DNA from: Bacilli bacterium | GTDB taxonomy: Bacteria; Bacillota_I; Bacilli_A; RF39; UBA660 | DNA length: 64,000 nucleotides | NCBI GenBank assembly: GCA_900769695.1 | Contig: CAAGHO010000048.1 | Span: forward strand, 4,698-68,697 | Reading direction: 5' to 3' | Shown: piece by piece, positions 30,060-39,782 of the stretch | Numbering within the stretch: position 1 is the first letter of the stretch | Layout of the letters: each line of letters begins with the position of its first letter | Program-made: the position numbers and the translations under genes | The notes under the pieces: model-generated | What the model saw: only the letters and a program-made list of their open reading frames with translations | What the model was told of the DNA's origin: nothing | Database searches by the model: none

Positions 30060-32270
30060 ATGGTTCAATTATTATTTGGATTTAATAGTGATTTAGCAAC
30101 TCCAGGTGTTGTGCAAAATGCCTTAAGAAGTATACTTATGACACTTGATCATGTTGTATATTGGTGTATTGGTGTTGTTTATAATGTTTTATTTAATATT
30201 TCTGAAACAACAGTTATTAGTTCTGATACGTTAAAATCCTTCTATGGTAGAGTTCAATTAATTTTAGGAGTAATAATGATTTTTAAAATATCAGTATCAT
30301 TATTACAATATGTAATTAATCCAGAAGCATTTAGTGACAAGAAAAAAGGAATTGGTCAAGTAATAACAAGAATAGTAACGATGTTAGCGATGCTTACTGC
30401 AATTGTACCTTTAAATATTCCTTTATCAGCAGAAGATGAAACTAATAAAACATATAATTATTATTTAAATCAAAATGGTTTATTATTTGGTACAATGTTT
30501 TCACTTCAACACAGAATCTTAAAACAAAATACAATAGCTAAACTTGTTCTTGGAAATACAGAAAATTCTTTTACAGTTACAGATAGTGATAATACAGAGT
30601 ATGAAACAGATTTTAGTGAAAATTCAAATGCTGGAGAAGCAGTAGCTGCGTATGTTTTAAAAAGTTTCTTTAGAATAAATGTAAAAGATGAAATAAATAG
30701 TGATAATATTAATAGTCAGGATAATTATTATTGTGGAACAAGTGAAAAAGTAAAAGATGCAATTAATTTTGATAAGGTTGTTGAAAGTGCAGTGTCAACA
30801 GCAGCAGGTGCTACTGCAGGTGCTGTAGTTGGTTCGATTATTCCTGGACTTGGAACTGCAGTCGGTGCTGTAACCGGTGGAGTAATTGGTTTCGTGGGAG
30901 ACAAATTATTCAATTGGGCAACAGCAGATAGAGCTTCAAAGTATTATAAGATGTGGGTTAGTACAACTGATGTTTCAACACTTGCTGAAATGGTTAATGC
31001 AAATTGTGATGATTATTATTTATTTTCTTATTTTCCAGTCGTATCTACTATATGTGGTGTTTTATTACTTTTAGTGTTTGCTGTAACATGTCTAGATGTT
31101 GCAATAAGAGCCTTAAAACTTGCAATACTCCGTTTGATTGCTCCTATTGCTATAATAAGTTATATAGATCCAAAATCAGCAGAAAAAGGTGCTTTCAGTA
31201 ACTGGGTAAAATTACTTATTTCAACATATTTAGATTTATTCTTAAGACTTGCAATAATATATTTTGTTATGTTTATAGTTATGGAAATTATACATGGTGG
31301 TTTAGAGTTGCCACTAGGTAATGGTGTTATTGGATTACTTTCTACTGTTATTATTATCATTGGATTATTCTATTTTGCTAGACAAGCTCCTAAATTTATT
31401 ACCGATGCTTTAGGTATAAAGAGTCTCGGAATGGGAGTTGGTCTTTCAGGATTATTTGGTGCAGCAGGAGCATTAATGGGTGGTGCTGGTCTATCTGGAG
31501 CAGCAGCAGGATTTATGGATGCATCTAATGCATCAGCAGATGCAGCAGCACAAGGAAAACAAGCTCCACCTGCATATAGTTCTCAACGTGATAAAATTGC
31601 ACAAATGCTAACTGGTGATAAAAATGCTAAAGGTGGTATTTTGGGAAATGCTACAAAAGCAATGCAAGATAGAGCTAATGCTAATTTAGCTGAACGTGTA
31701 TTTGGAGTTAATAGAAATAAAGTTGCAGAGGCTAAGAATTTAAAATATGCTTTAGCAAACGAAGCATCAGCAGCTAAGAATAGATATGAAAGATTTGCAA
31801 ATGGTAATATGAGCAATGTAGAAAGAGATGCTTTAATTAATGATTATGCTCGTCAAGAAGCTATGAGTCAAGATGGATGGAACGACTTGTCTGAAGCAGA
31901 GCAAAATGATAGAATTAATTCTTATGTAAATGGTTTATCAGCTCTTTCTACAGATCAACAAAATAGTCTACTTTCTAGCTATCTAGAAGATGATTGGTCA
32001 ACTAAAGAAACTGCTTCTGCTAAACAAAATTCTTGGTATGAAGAAGGAGCAAAAATGCTTGAAAATATGGGTATTAATGAAACTCTTCAAGAAAAATATA
32101 GTGCTAGAGGAAGAAGAAGAGCTAGAAGAGTCTATGATCAAAATTTAGCTGCTAGAGGGGGAGATAGAAATTATAAAGTGCAAAATACATCAAGACCTTC
32201 AACTAGTATAGATCGTGCGGCAGATATTCAACGATTAAATCAAAATAATAACAACAATAATAATCCGTAA
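30060..32270 (+). CDS. VirB6/TrbL-like polytopic T4SS membrane protein with a long C-terminal soluble tail
   Basis: 736 aa with multiple TM helices, Gly/Ala-rich membrane segments (GATAGAVVGSIIPGLGTAVGAVTGGVIGFVG) and a polar C-terminus ending in poly-N. It occupies the position after the pilin-like genes. Confidence 0.55.
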   Translation: MVQLLFGFNSDLATPGVVQNALRSILMTLDHVVYWCIGVVYNVLFNISETTVISSDTLKSFYGRVQLILGVIMIFKISVSLLQYVINPEAFSDKKKGIGQVITRIVTMLAMLTAIVPLNIPLSAEDETNKTYNYYLNQNGLLFGTMFSLQHRILKQNTIAKLVLGNTENSFTVTDSDNTEYETDFSENSNAGEAVAAYVLKSFFRINVKDEINSDNINSQDNYYCGTSEKVKDAINFDKVVESAVSTAAGATAGAVVGSIIPGLGTAVGAVTGGVIGFVGDKLFNWATADRASKYYKMWVSTTDVSTLAEMVNANCDDYYLFSYFPVVSTICGVLLLLVFAVTCLDVAIRALKLAILRLIAPIAIISYIDPKSAEKGAFSNWVKLLISTYLDLFLRLAIIYFVMFIVMEIIHGGLELPLGNGVIGLLSTVIIIIGLFYFARQAPKFITDALGIKSLGMGVGLSGLFGAAGALMGGAGLSGAAAGFMDASNASADAAAQGKQAPPAYSSQRDKIAQMLTGDKNAKGGILGNATKAMQDRANANLAERVFGVNRNKVAEAKNLKYALANEASAAKNRYERFANGNMSNVERDALINDYARQEAMSQDGWNDLSEAEQNDRINSYVNGLSALSTDQQNSLLSSYLEDDWSTKETASAKQNSWYEEGAKMLENMGINETLQEKYSARGRRRARRVYDQNLAARGGDRNYKVQNTSRPSTSIDRAADIQRLNQNNNNNNNP

Positions 32271-32311
32271 TTTATATTTTGTTTTTATGATAAAAAGGAG
32301 TGTGATATATA

Positions 32312-32635
32312 GTGAATAATACATATTTAATTCCAGCTAATACGAAGAGCGGAAAGTTAATTTTGGGAATGTTTAAACCATTTGACTTAATATTGTTTGG
32401 AAGTGGGATAGCCATGACATTATTGTTATTAGTTATTCTACCAATGGAATCATTGATAGTTACAGTAATTGTTATACTTCCAGCATTGATTACAGGTTTT
32501 TTGGTTATTCCTGTTCCAAATTACCATAATATGTTAAATGTCATTGGTGAGTTAGTTGAATTTATAACAACTCAAAGAAATTATGAATGGAAAGGTTGGT
32601 GTGTAGGATATGAAAAAGGCAAGCGAAAAAAGTAG
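32312..32635 (+). CDS. PrgI/VirB3-like small membrane protein
   Basis: 107 aa (GTG start) with two TM helices. It lies immediately upstream of and overlaps VirB4, as in Gram-positive T4SS operons. Confidence 0.5.
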   Translation: MNNTYLIPANTKSGKLILGMFKPFDLILFGSGIAMTLLLLVILPMESLIVTVIVILPALITGFLVIPVPNYHNMLNVIGELVEFITTQRNYEWKGWCVGYEKGKRKK

Positions 32636-33161
32636 ATCAACTGAGGATTGGCTTCCAGTGAGGAGTATTCAAAATAACTGCATTGTAACTTATGGAAATA
32701 ATAAAGTCAGCGGAGTAAAAATAACTCCAAGGAATATATTTATTCTTGATCAAAGTTCTCAAGATAATGTATTAATTAGCTTGAAAAACTTTTATAATAT
32801 GATAGATTTTGAATTTTGGTTAGTTGTGGCAGATAGGCCAGTAGATATATCTGTTTATATGTCTCAACTTCAATTATTACTTAATAATACTCAAAGTGCA
32901 GCTATTAGAAAGTTAATTCTTCAAGATTTAGATAAAGGTAATACATTTATTAACAATAATATTGTTGATACAGAATATTACATTTTATTTAAAGAAAAAG
33001 ATGATAATATGCTTGAGAAGAAAATTAGATTATTAATTAATGGTTTGGCAACTTGTGGATTAAATGCTTCTCAAGTTACTAATGATGATTTAAGAATTGT
33101 TTTAGATAATTTCTTAAATGGGGGTCAAACAACAGAATTTGGAACGGTGATGCCAGTATGA
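32610..33161 (+). CDS. VirB4-family ATPase, N-terminal domain encoded as a separate ORF
   Basis: EDWLPVRSIQNNCIVTYGNNKVSGVKITPRNIFILDQSSQDNVLISLKNFYNMIDFEFWLVV matches the N-terminal region of Gram-positive VirB4 (ConE/TcpF/Orf16-type) proteins. It ends in ATGA, overlapping the next start. Confidence 0.6.
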   Translation: MKKASEKSRSTEDWLPVRSIQNNCIVTYGNNKVSGVKITPRNIFILDQSSQDNVLISLKNFYNMIDFEFWLVVADRPVDISVYMSQLQLLLNNTQSAAIRKLILQDLDKGNTFINNNIVDTEYYILFKEKDDNMLEKKIRLLINGLATCGLNASQVTNDDLRIVLDNFLNGGQTTEFGTVMPV

Positions 33162-34948
33162 GTATAAGTATAAGAGGAGAATTAGCTCCTAAAGGTTTAA
33201 GCTTTAATGCTAGTGATTTTTTCATAAGTGATAAGTATGCAACTATTTTGACAGTGATTGGATTTCCAAGATATATTCAACCAGGTTATTTAGCGACTTT
33301 AACTAGTATGTCAGGAATTAAAATTGTAATTAAACATATTCCAGTACCTTTTTCAACAATGTCTAAAATGCTTAACAAACAAGTTGCTGACTTAAAAGAA
33401 AAGTATCAAAGAGAACGTGATCAAGTAATGCGTGAAAAAATAAGACAAGATGCTGAAAGTTTGGAATATTATACATCTATGCTTGCGGCATCTCAGGCTC
33501 GAATTTTTGATTTTCAAATGCACATTATGATTACAGCTGATACTAAAGAAAGTTTGGAACTAAAGAAAGTTAATGTTAAGAATTACTTGGATGCTATGGA
33601 ATTAAAAGCAATTTCATTACGTTTTGAACAAGAAAAAGTATTAAAATCTATCTTACCAATTTTCCCACCTCAAGAAATAGAGGATAGAATTGGTACTCCG
33701 ATTCCATCTATTACTTTATCAGCTATGTATCCATTTATTTTTGATAGTATAAAAGATCCAGGACTTTCAACTTTACTTGGTGTTGATTTTTCTGGAGGAG
33801 TAATTTTATTTAATCAATTTTTATATAAAATAAGAAAAGAAAATAATAGAAATAATGCTAATATGATTATACTTGGTACTTCTGGTTCAGGAAAATCAAC
33901 AGCAGCTAAATTAATGCTTAGAACACATATAAGAAACGGCTGTCAAATAGTTGCGATAGACCCTGAAAATGAATATTCAGAAATTACTAAAGCATTTGGT
34001 GGAGATCAAGTTGATATCGGTAAAGGTGGAGAATTTGGTCTTATAAATCCATTAGAGGTCGTAATTGATGCTGACGAGGAAGAAATTAAGCAAGGACTTG
34101 GTTATACTATTCTTACTCGTACTTTACAATTTCTAAAAGCTTTTATGAAATATTATGATCCTTCAATTCAAGAAGATGTATTAACTATGTTTAGTGAAGT
34201 TGTTCAAGATACTTATAAAAGATTTGGAATTGATTTTAATACGGATTTCTCAGGATTTACATCAAAAGATTATCCAACATTTAGCGATGTATATGCAACT
34301 ATTAAAGGACGTTTAATGTCAATGACAGAACAAACTCAAGAACGCGATATTATGGAACGTCTTGAATTAAAGGTAAGACCTATCGTAAAGGAATTAAAGT
34401 TTTACTTTGATGGTCATACTACAATAAATAGTGATAGTGACTTTATGGTCTTTAACATTAAGGAATTAATGAATAGCGATTCTAATGTTAAAAACGCTTT
34501 ATTCTTTAATGTTTTAAAATATGCTTGGGGACTTTGTTTAGACACAAGTGTAGATACCGTGTTAATGATTGATGAAGCCCATGTTTTATTAGGAGATCAT
34601 AACAGTTTAGGAGCTGACTTTTTAGCGCAAGTTCAACGTCGTGCTAGAAAATATAACACAGGTACAATTATTATTACACAACAACCAAGTGACTTTTCTG
34701 CTCCTGATGTTATTACTCAAGGTAAAGCAATATTTGATAATGCTTCATATTACTTAGTTATGGGACTAAAAAAACAAGCAGTTGAAGATTTAAGTTTATT
34801 AATTGACTTAAATGAAGGAGAAAAAGAAAGTATAAAAAGATATTCTCAAGGAGAAGCGCTATTTGTATGTGGAAATAGAAGAATGAGAATTAATGTAGCA
34901 GTTACTAAAAATGAACTAGATTCATTTGGTAGCGGTGGTGGATTCTAA
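33158..34948 (+). CDS. VirB4-family T4SS ATPase (central and C-terminal P-loop domains)
   Basis: LAPKGLSFNASDFFISDKYATILTVIGFPRYIQPGYL is present, with Walker A ILGTSGSGKST and Walker B VLMIDEAHVLL, plus RRARKYNTGTIIITQQPSD. Confidence 0.85.
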   Translation: MSISIRGELAPKGLSFNASDFFISDKYATILTVIGFPRYIQPGYLATLTSMSGIKIVIKHIPVPFSTMSKMLNKQVADLKEKYQRERDQVMREKIRQDAESLEYYTSMLAASQARIFDFQMHIMITADTKESLELKKVNVKNYLDAMELKAISLRFEQEKVLKSILPIFPPQEIEDRIGTPIPSITLSAMYPFIFDSIKDPGLSTLLGVDFSGGVILFNQFLYKIRKENNRNNANMIILGTSGSGKSTAAKLMLRTHIRNGCQIVAIDPENEYSEITKAFGGDQVDIGKGGEFGLINPLEVVIDADEEEIKQGLGYTILTRTLQFLKAFMKYYDPSIQEDVLTMFSEVVQDTYKRFGIDFNTDFSGFTSKDYPTFSDVYATIKGRLMSMTEQTQERDIMERLELKVRPIVKELKFYFDGHTTINSDSDFMVFNIKELMNSDSNVKNALFFNVLKYAWGLCLDTSVDTVLMIDEAHVLLGDHNSLGADFLAQVQRRARKYNTGTIIITQQPSDFSAPDVITQGKAIFDNASYYLVMGLKKQAVEDLSLLIDLNEGEKESIKRYSQGEALFVCGNRRMRINVAVTKNELDSFGSGGGF

Positions 34949-34974
34949 TTAGATTCTAGAAGTAGGTGAGGTTC

Positions 34975-36825
34975 ATGCCAAAAGAAAATAAGTATCAAGC
35001 AAATCGTAATCATATAGGTGAAAATAATAAATCTGATGTTCCTAATACAAAAACAGAGAAACTGGCAGACAATAATGGGTCTGCCGATTATTTTACTGGA
35101 GGCAAAGGAGAAGAATCTCTTGCTCAAAAAATTGCTAATGCTAAATTAGGTGATAAGGCTTTAGGAGCATTAGGAAATGCATTAAAAAATACACCAAAAC
35201 TTAATCGTGCTGCTGAAAGGTTAAATGATTTTGATAAAGATCGCAGTGGATTGTCACCTAAAGAGGTTGAAGCAGCTAAGAAAAGAAATTGGGCAACATA
35301 TGATTTAAATGATAATAAAGATGGTAATCCATCATCTACCTCAGAAACTAATAATAATGATAAAGGTAATAAAGTTTTAAATGTTTTTGGGAAAAAATCA
35401 AAAAAAACAAAAAATAAATTAGGTGATTGGAGTCATGTTACAGATGAAGATGATTCTAATGGTGATGATTCCTCTTCATCATCTGATTTTTCTTTAAAAG
35501 CCAATATTGATTTATCTAAATTTTTTACATTAAAAACTAAGATTTGTATAGGTATTATTATTTTCTTAATTTTTATTATTTTTTCTTATATAATAATGAT
35601 TCTTGATGAGGCTGATAAAGAAGATAAAGATATTTCTTCTACTACTGGAAATGGATCTTGTATGTATTCGATTAAAGGATTTACAGATGGATCTAGAGTG
35701 ATTCAAAGAGAAGTAAGTATTAATAATCTTAAAGTAAAATTAATGGAATGTGATGGTTCTAAACCAGTTTCTGGAGAAGAACTTGTTGATTTTGAAAAAT
35801 ATATATTAGGTGTAACTTATCAAGAAAACGGTAGTGGTTCAGATGAGGGTGTAAAAACAGAAGCTGTCGCAGCTAGAAGTTTTGCTTTATCAAGACCAGC
35901 TATGATGGGTAATTCTGGTGGAACTAAACTGTATGAAGAAGATGGGCAATGGATTTTGCAACTTCGTGCTTGTACTAACGATCAAGCATATTGTGATCCT
36001 GATAAAGGTTGTTGGAGTAATACCGCTGGTGGTGAATCTGGAGGAACTATTCATAGTGGACAAGATACAACAAAGGCCTGGTCAAGAGGACCTGTAGCAG
36101 CAGATTCAAAATTAAGAACACTAGTTGCTGAAACTAAGGGTCAAGTTCTTGTTGATTCTTCTGGATATATTTTAAGTACAGGTTATAGAAGTACTGATCA
36201 AAGACAATGGAATTCAAGTGCCTTTGACTACAAGCAAATCCTACTTCAACATTATAGCAGTCAAGGTGCGGCAGATATTCTTCAAATGTCATGTACTACA
36301 TCAAGTCAAGGATCAACTACTGGTGAATTCACTAATTGGAAGCAATATGATCCAGCTTGGGCAACAGTTAATATTGGAAATAGTGGTAAAACAATTAAAA
36401 ACATAGGATGTACAGTCACATCAATATCTATGCTTATAGCAAAATCTGGAGTACCTACTAATATAGAAAACTTTAATCCTGGTACTTTTGTTCAAGCTTT
36501 AAATAATAATAATGGATTTACATCTGGTGGTGCTCTTTATTGGTCTACTGTATCAAAAATTATACCTAATTTTGAATATCAAGGACAAAAATATGTCGCA
36601 GGAAAATCTAAAGCAGAAAAATTACAACAATTAAACGAATTATTAAATAACGGTTATTTTGTTACTGCAGAAGTTAAAGGAAATACTGGACAACACTGGG
36701 TTGCAGTGGATAATATATCTGGAGAAAATATAAATATGTTTGATCCAGCTAGTACATCAACGGATATGTGGTCTCAATACAGTTGGACTAATACTTCTAC
36801 ATATGCATACTTTAAGGTAATTTAA
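34975..36825 (+). CDS. T4SS-associated cell-wall hydrolase: disordered N-terminus, TM anchor, SpoIID-like domain, C-terminal C39-like Cys peptidase domain
   Basis: YILGVTYQENGSGSDEGVKTEAVAARSFAL is SpoIID/LytB-like. The C-terminal NIGCTVTSISMLIAK ... GQHWVAVDN resembles a papain-like C39_2-type Cys/His pair. The start is taken as the ATG at 34975. Confidence 0.65.
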   Translation: MPKENKYQANRNHIGENNKSDVPNTKTEKLADNNGSADYFTGGKGEESLAQKIANAKLGDKALGALGNALKNTPKLNRAAERLNDFDKDRSGLSPKEVEAAKKRNWATYDLNDNKDGNPSSTSETNNNDKGNKVLNVFGKKSKKTKNKLGDWSHVTDEDDSNGDDSSSSSDFSLKANIDLSKFFTLKTKICIGIIIFLIFIIFSYIIMILDEADKEDKDISSTTGNGSCMYSIKGFTDGSRVIQREVSINNLKVKLMECDGSKPVSGEELVDFEKYILGVTYQENGSGSDEGVKTEAVAARSFALSRPAMMGNSGGTKLYEEDGQWILQLRACTNDQAYCDPDKGCWSNTAGGESGGTIHSGQDTTKAWSRGPVAADSKLRTLVAETKGQVLVDSSGYILSTGYRSTDQRQWNSSAFDYKQILLQHYSSQGAADILQMSCTTSSQGSTTGEFTNWKQYDPAWATVNIGNSGKTIKNIGCTVTSISMLIAKSGVPTNIENFNPGTFVQALNNNNGFTSGGALYWSTVSKIIPNFEYQGQKYVAGKSKAEKLQQLNELLNNGYFVTAEVKGNTGQHWVAVDNISGENINMFDPASTSTDMWSQYSWTNTSTYAYFKVI

Positions 36826-36836
36826 GAGGTGAAAAT

Positions 36837-37595
36837 ATGAAAAATAGAAGATATATGTATGTGATTTTAGGATTAATATTTTCACTTCTTCTTTTTTACA
36901 TACTTTATGGTAGAAATATAAAAAAGAATTATGATGATTATGAAGCTCTAATTTTACCTAATGATATTTCATTTGTAAAATCTAAAAATAAGTGGACAAA
37001 AGTTATTGATAATAAACTTTTCAATTGGAAAGAGTATTATATATATACTAATAATGAATACTATGGTAGAAAGAATTTATACTATAATGAAAAGTGGTAT
37101 ATATTTGAAAAAGATAAAACGCCTTTAATGTATAATGGAGAAATCTTAGCATTTAATAAGAATCATAAGGTTCTAGAATTTAATACGGTTGATATTAACT
37201 TTGATGAATATATAAATAAAGTATTAGAAGATAACAAAATAGATAGAAATACCGCTATGACTAGCTATTATATTAATTTAGATTTAGATGGTGATAACGA
37301 TTTAGAAAAAATTTATGTTGTTACAAATAGGTTTGAAACAGAAAATATTTCTAATAAATTCTTTAGTTATGTGTTTTTTGTAAAAAACAATAACATTACT
37401 TATATTTATAATGAAAGCAGTATAGATGCTGATTCATATAGTGGCTGCAAACCATATATTAGTAATATTTTTGATATTGATGATGATAAAAAATATGAAA
37501 TTGCGATGGCTTGTTCGCAATATAGTGATGGACAAGTTAATTATAAAATATATAAATATGATAAAGGTAAATTTAATTTGCTTGTATCTAATTAA
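36837..37595 (+). CDS. Membrane-anchored T4SS accessory protein (possible VirB8/TcpC functional analogue)
   Basis: 252 aa with one N-terminal TM helix. It lies between the hydrolase and the coupling protein. I recognise no motif. Confidence 0.35.
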   Translation: MKNRRYMYVILGLIFSLLLFYILYGRNIKKNYDDYEALILPNDISFVKSKNKWTKVIDNKLFNWKEYYIYTNNEYYGRKNLYYNEKWYIFEKDKTPLMYNGEILAFNKNHKVLEFNTVDINFDEYINKVLEDNKIDRNTAMTSYYINLDLDGDNDLEKIYVVTNRFETENISNKFFSYVFFVKNNNITYIYNESSIDADSYSGCKPYISNIFDIDDDKKYEIAMACSQYSDGQVNYKIYKYDKGKFNLLVSN

Positions 37596-37637
37596 CATTT
37601 AATATATAATATATGTTGAGAGAAAGAAGTGATCTTT

Positions 37638-39764
37638 ATGAAGTTAAAAATAAGGGTAGATTCCGAAGATTTGTTGATATTTGGAATCTTTGCAATATTT
37701 TTACTGTTTGTAGTAGCTATAGCAGTTGCAAATTTATCTTCTTTAGCAACTGACGGTTTTTTTTCAGGAATTAATCCTTTACCTGCATTTAGTAAAGATA
37801 ATATTGCAACTACTATAGTGTTTTACTTGTTGTGTTTATTCGCACTAATTGTCAGTGTTAGCTCAAAAATATTTGAGTTTGATAAGGGTGTTGGTATAAC
37901 AACAAATAAAAAAGATAAAGGCTATAGTAGATGGGCTAAAGAAAAAGAGATGAAAGAAGAACTTTCTTTGATAACTCCATTACAAGAAAAATCAAAAGTT
38001 GCCGGTGTTCCTTTAATATTAAAAGAACAAGAAGCTTGGATAGATGATAGTGAGTATCATACCTTAGTTATTGGTGCTACTGGTTCTGGTAAAACTCAAA
38101 CAGTAATTAAACCTACTGTTAAGTTTTTAGCAAAAGCAGGAGAAAGTATGATTATAACAGATCCTAAGGGTGAAATTTATGAAAGTACTGCTGAAATGCT
38201 TCGTAGTAAGGGTTACCAAATATTACTATTAAACTTTCGTGATCCTCAAAATGGTAATTCTTGGAATCCGATGTCTTTACCATATGAAATATATAAATCT
38301 GGAAAGCAAGATAAAGCAATAGAATTACTTGATGATTTAGCACTAAATATTCTTTATGATGAATCAAATGCAAATGCTGATCCATTCTGGGAAAAAACTT
38401 CAGCTGACTATTTTTCAGGCCTTGCCTTAGGTTTATTTGAAGATGCTAAAGAAGAAGAAATTAATATTAATAGTATTAACTTAATGAGTACTGTTGGAGA
38501 AGATAAATTTGGTGGATCAACATATATTAAAGAATACTTTGGAGCAAAAGATCCAGCATCAGCTGCATCGATTAATGCTTTTGGTACCATAACTGCTCCT
38601 AGTGAAACTAAGGGCTCAATTTTATCAGTGTTTAAACAGAAAGTAAAACTTTTTGCGTCACGTGAAAATTTAAGTGAGATGTTATCTCATAGTGATATAG
38701 ATTTAGCCTCAATTGGTAAAAAGAAAACAGCAGTATTTATTGTTATTCAAGATGAAAAGAAGACATATCACTCACTTGTTACAATTTTATTAAAACAAAT
38801 ATATGAAACTTTAATAGATGTTGCCCAAAAAAATGGTGGTAAACTTCCAATTAGAACTAACTTCTTATTGGATGAGTTTGCTAATATGCCACCACTTAAG
38901 GATGTTACAACAATGATTACAGCAGCACGTTCTCGACAAATCAGATTTACAATGATTATTCAAAACTTCGCTCAGTTAAATAAAGTTTATGGAAAAGAAG
39001 ATGCTGAAACCATTAAAGGTAACTGTGGTAATATCATTTACTTAATAAGTACAGAGCTTGCAGCACTAGAAGAAATTTCTAAAATGTGTGGTGAGGTAAA
39101 AAGTAAAAAAGATGATAAGACAGCTTCAACACCACTTGTTACGATATCAGATTTACAACGTATGAAGCAATTTGAGACAATTATTTTACGTATGAGAAAA
39201 CAACCATTTAAAACAAAAATGACACCAGATTTTAAAATAGACTGGGGAGAAAAATATTCGAAAGCAAAATATCCAACTCGTGCAAAAAGAGAAGTTCATA
39301 CTTTTGATATTAAAGAATTTGTAAAATCAGAAAAAAAGAAAAAATTATTAGAAATGATGAATGCTGCTGATACTGATGCAGATATGCAAAATCTATCAAA
39401 TTCACCATTTGCAGCAGGGCCACTTTTTGGTGATATTCCAAAAATGCCACCTGTTATGAATAATCCTTTTCAAGATATTAAAAACACACCTAAGACTGCT
39501 TCAGAGCCATCAGATTTTAATGTAGATGAGCTTGTTAAAAAGATAGATGCTAAAATAGCAGAATTAGAAGAAGAAGAAAGAAGAAATAAAAAGGAACAAG
39601 AAGAAAAGAAAAAATCAGATAACCTAGAAGTAATTGGTGATAAAGAATCTGAAACTCTTCATAGTAATATAGAAGTTGATAAAAATAAACCTACTTCAAG
39701 TCTTAATTTGGATGATGATGACGATGATAGTGATGAATTCTTTGATGATTTTTTTGATAATTAG
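37638..39764 (+). CDS. Type IV coupling protein, VirD4/TraG family
   Basis: Two N-terminal TM helices are followed by Walker A LVIGATGSGKTQTV, then ITDPKGE, FLLDEFANMPP (Walker B) and RSRQIRFTMIIQNFAQL. The C-terminal tail is acidic (DDDDDDSDEFFDDFFDN). Confidence 0.85.
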   Translation: MKLKIRVDSEDLLIFGIFAIFLLFVVAIAVANLSSLATDGFFSGINPLPAFSKDNIATTIVFYLLCLFALIVSVSSKIFEFDKGVGITTNKKDKGYSRWAKEKEMKEELSLITPLQEKSKVAGVPLILKEQEAWIDDSEYHTLVIGATGSGKTQTVIKPTVKFLAKAGESMIITDPKGEIYESTAEMLRSKGYQILLLNFRDPQNGNSWNPMSLPYEIYKSGKQDKAIELLDDLALNILYDESNANADPFWEKTSADYFSGLALGLFEDAKEEEININSINLMSTVGEDKFGGSTYIKEYFGAKDPASAASINAFGTITAPSETKGSILSVFKQKVKLFASRENLSEMLSHSDIDLASIGKKKTAVFIVIQDEKKTYHSLVTILLKQIYETLIDVAQKNGGKLPIRTNFLLDEFANMPPLKDVTTMITAARSRQIRFTMIIQNFAQLNKVYGKEDAETIKGNCGNIIYLISTELAALEEISKMCGEVKSKKDDKTASTPLVTISDLQRMKQFETIILRMRKQPFKTKMTPDFKIDWGEKYSKAKYPTRAKREVHTFDIKEFVKSEKKKKLLEMMNAADTDADMQNLSNSPFAAGPLFGDIPKMPPVMNNPFQDIKNTPKTASEPSDFNVDELVKKIDAKIAELEEEERRNKKEQEEKKKSDNLEVIGDKESETLHSNIEVDKNKPTSSLNLDDDDDDSDEFFDDFFDN

Positions 39765-39782
39765 AAGAAATGAGGAATAGTT

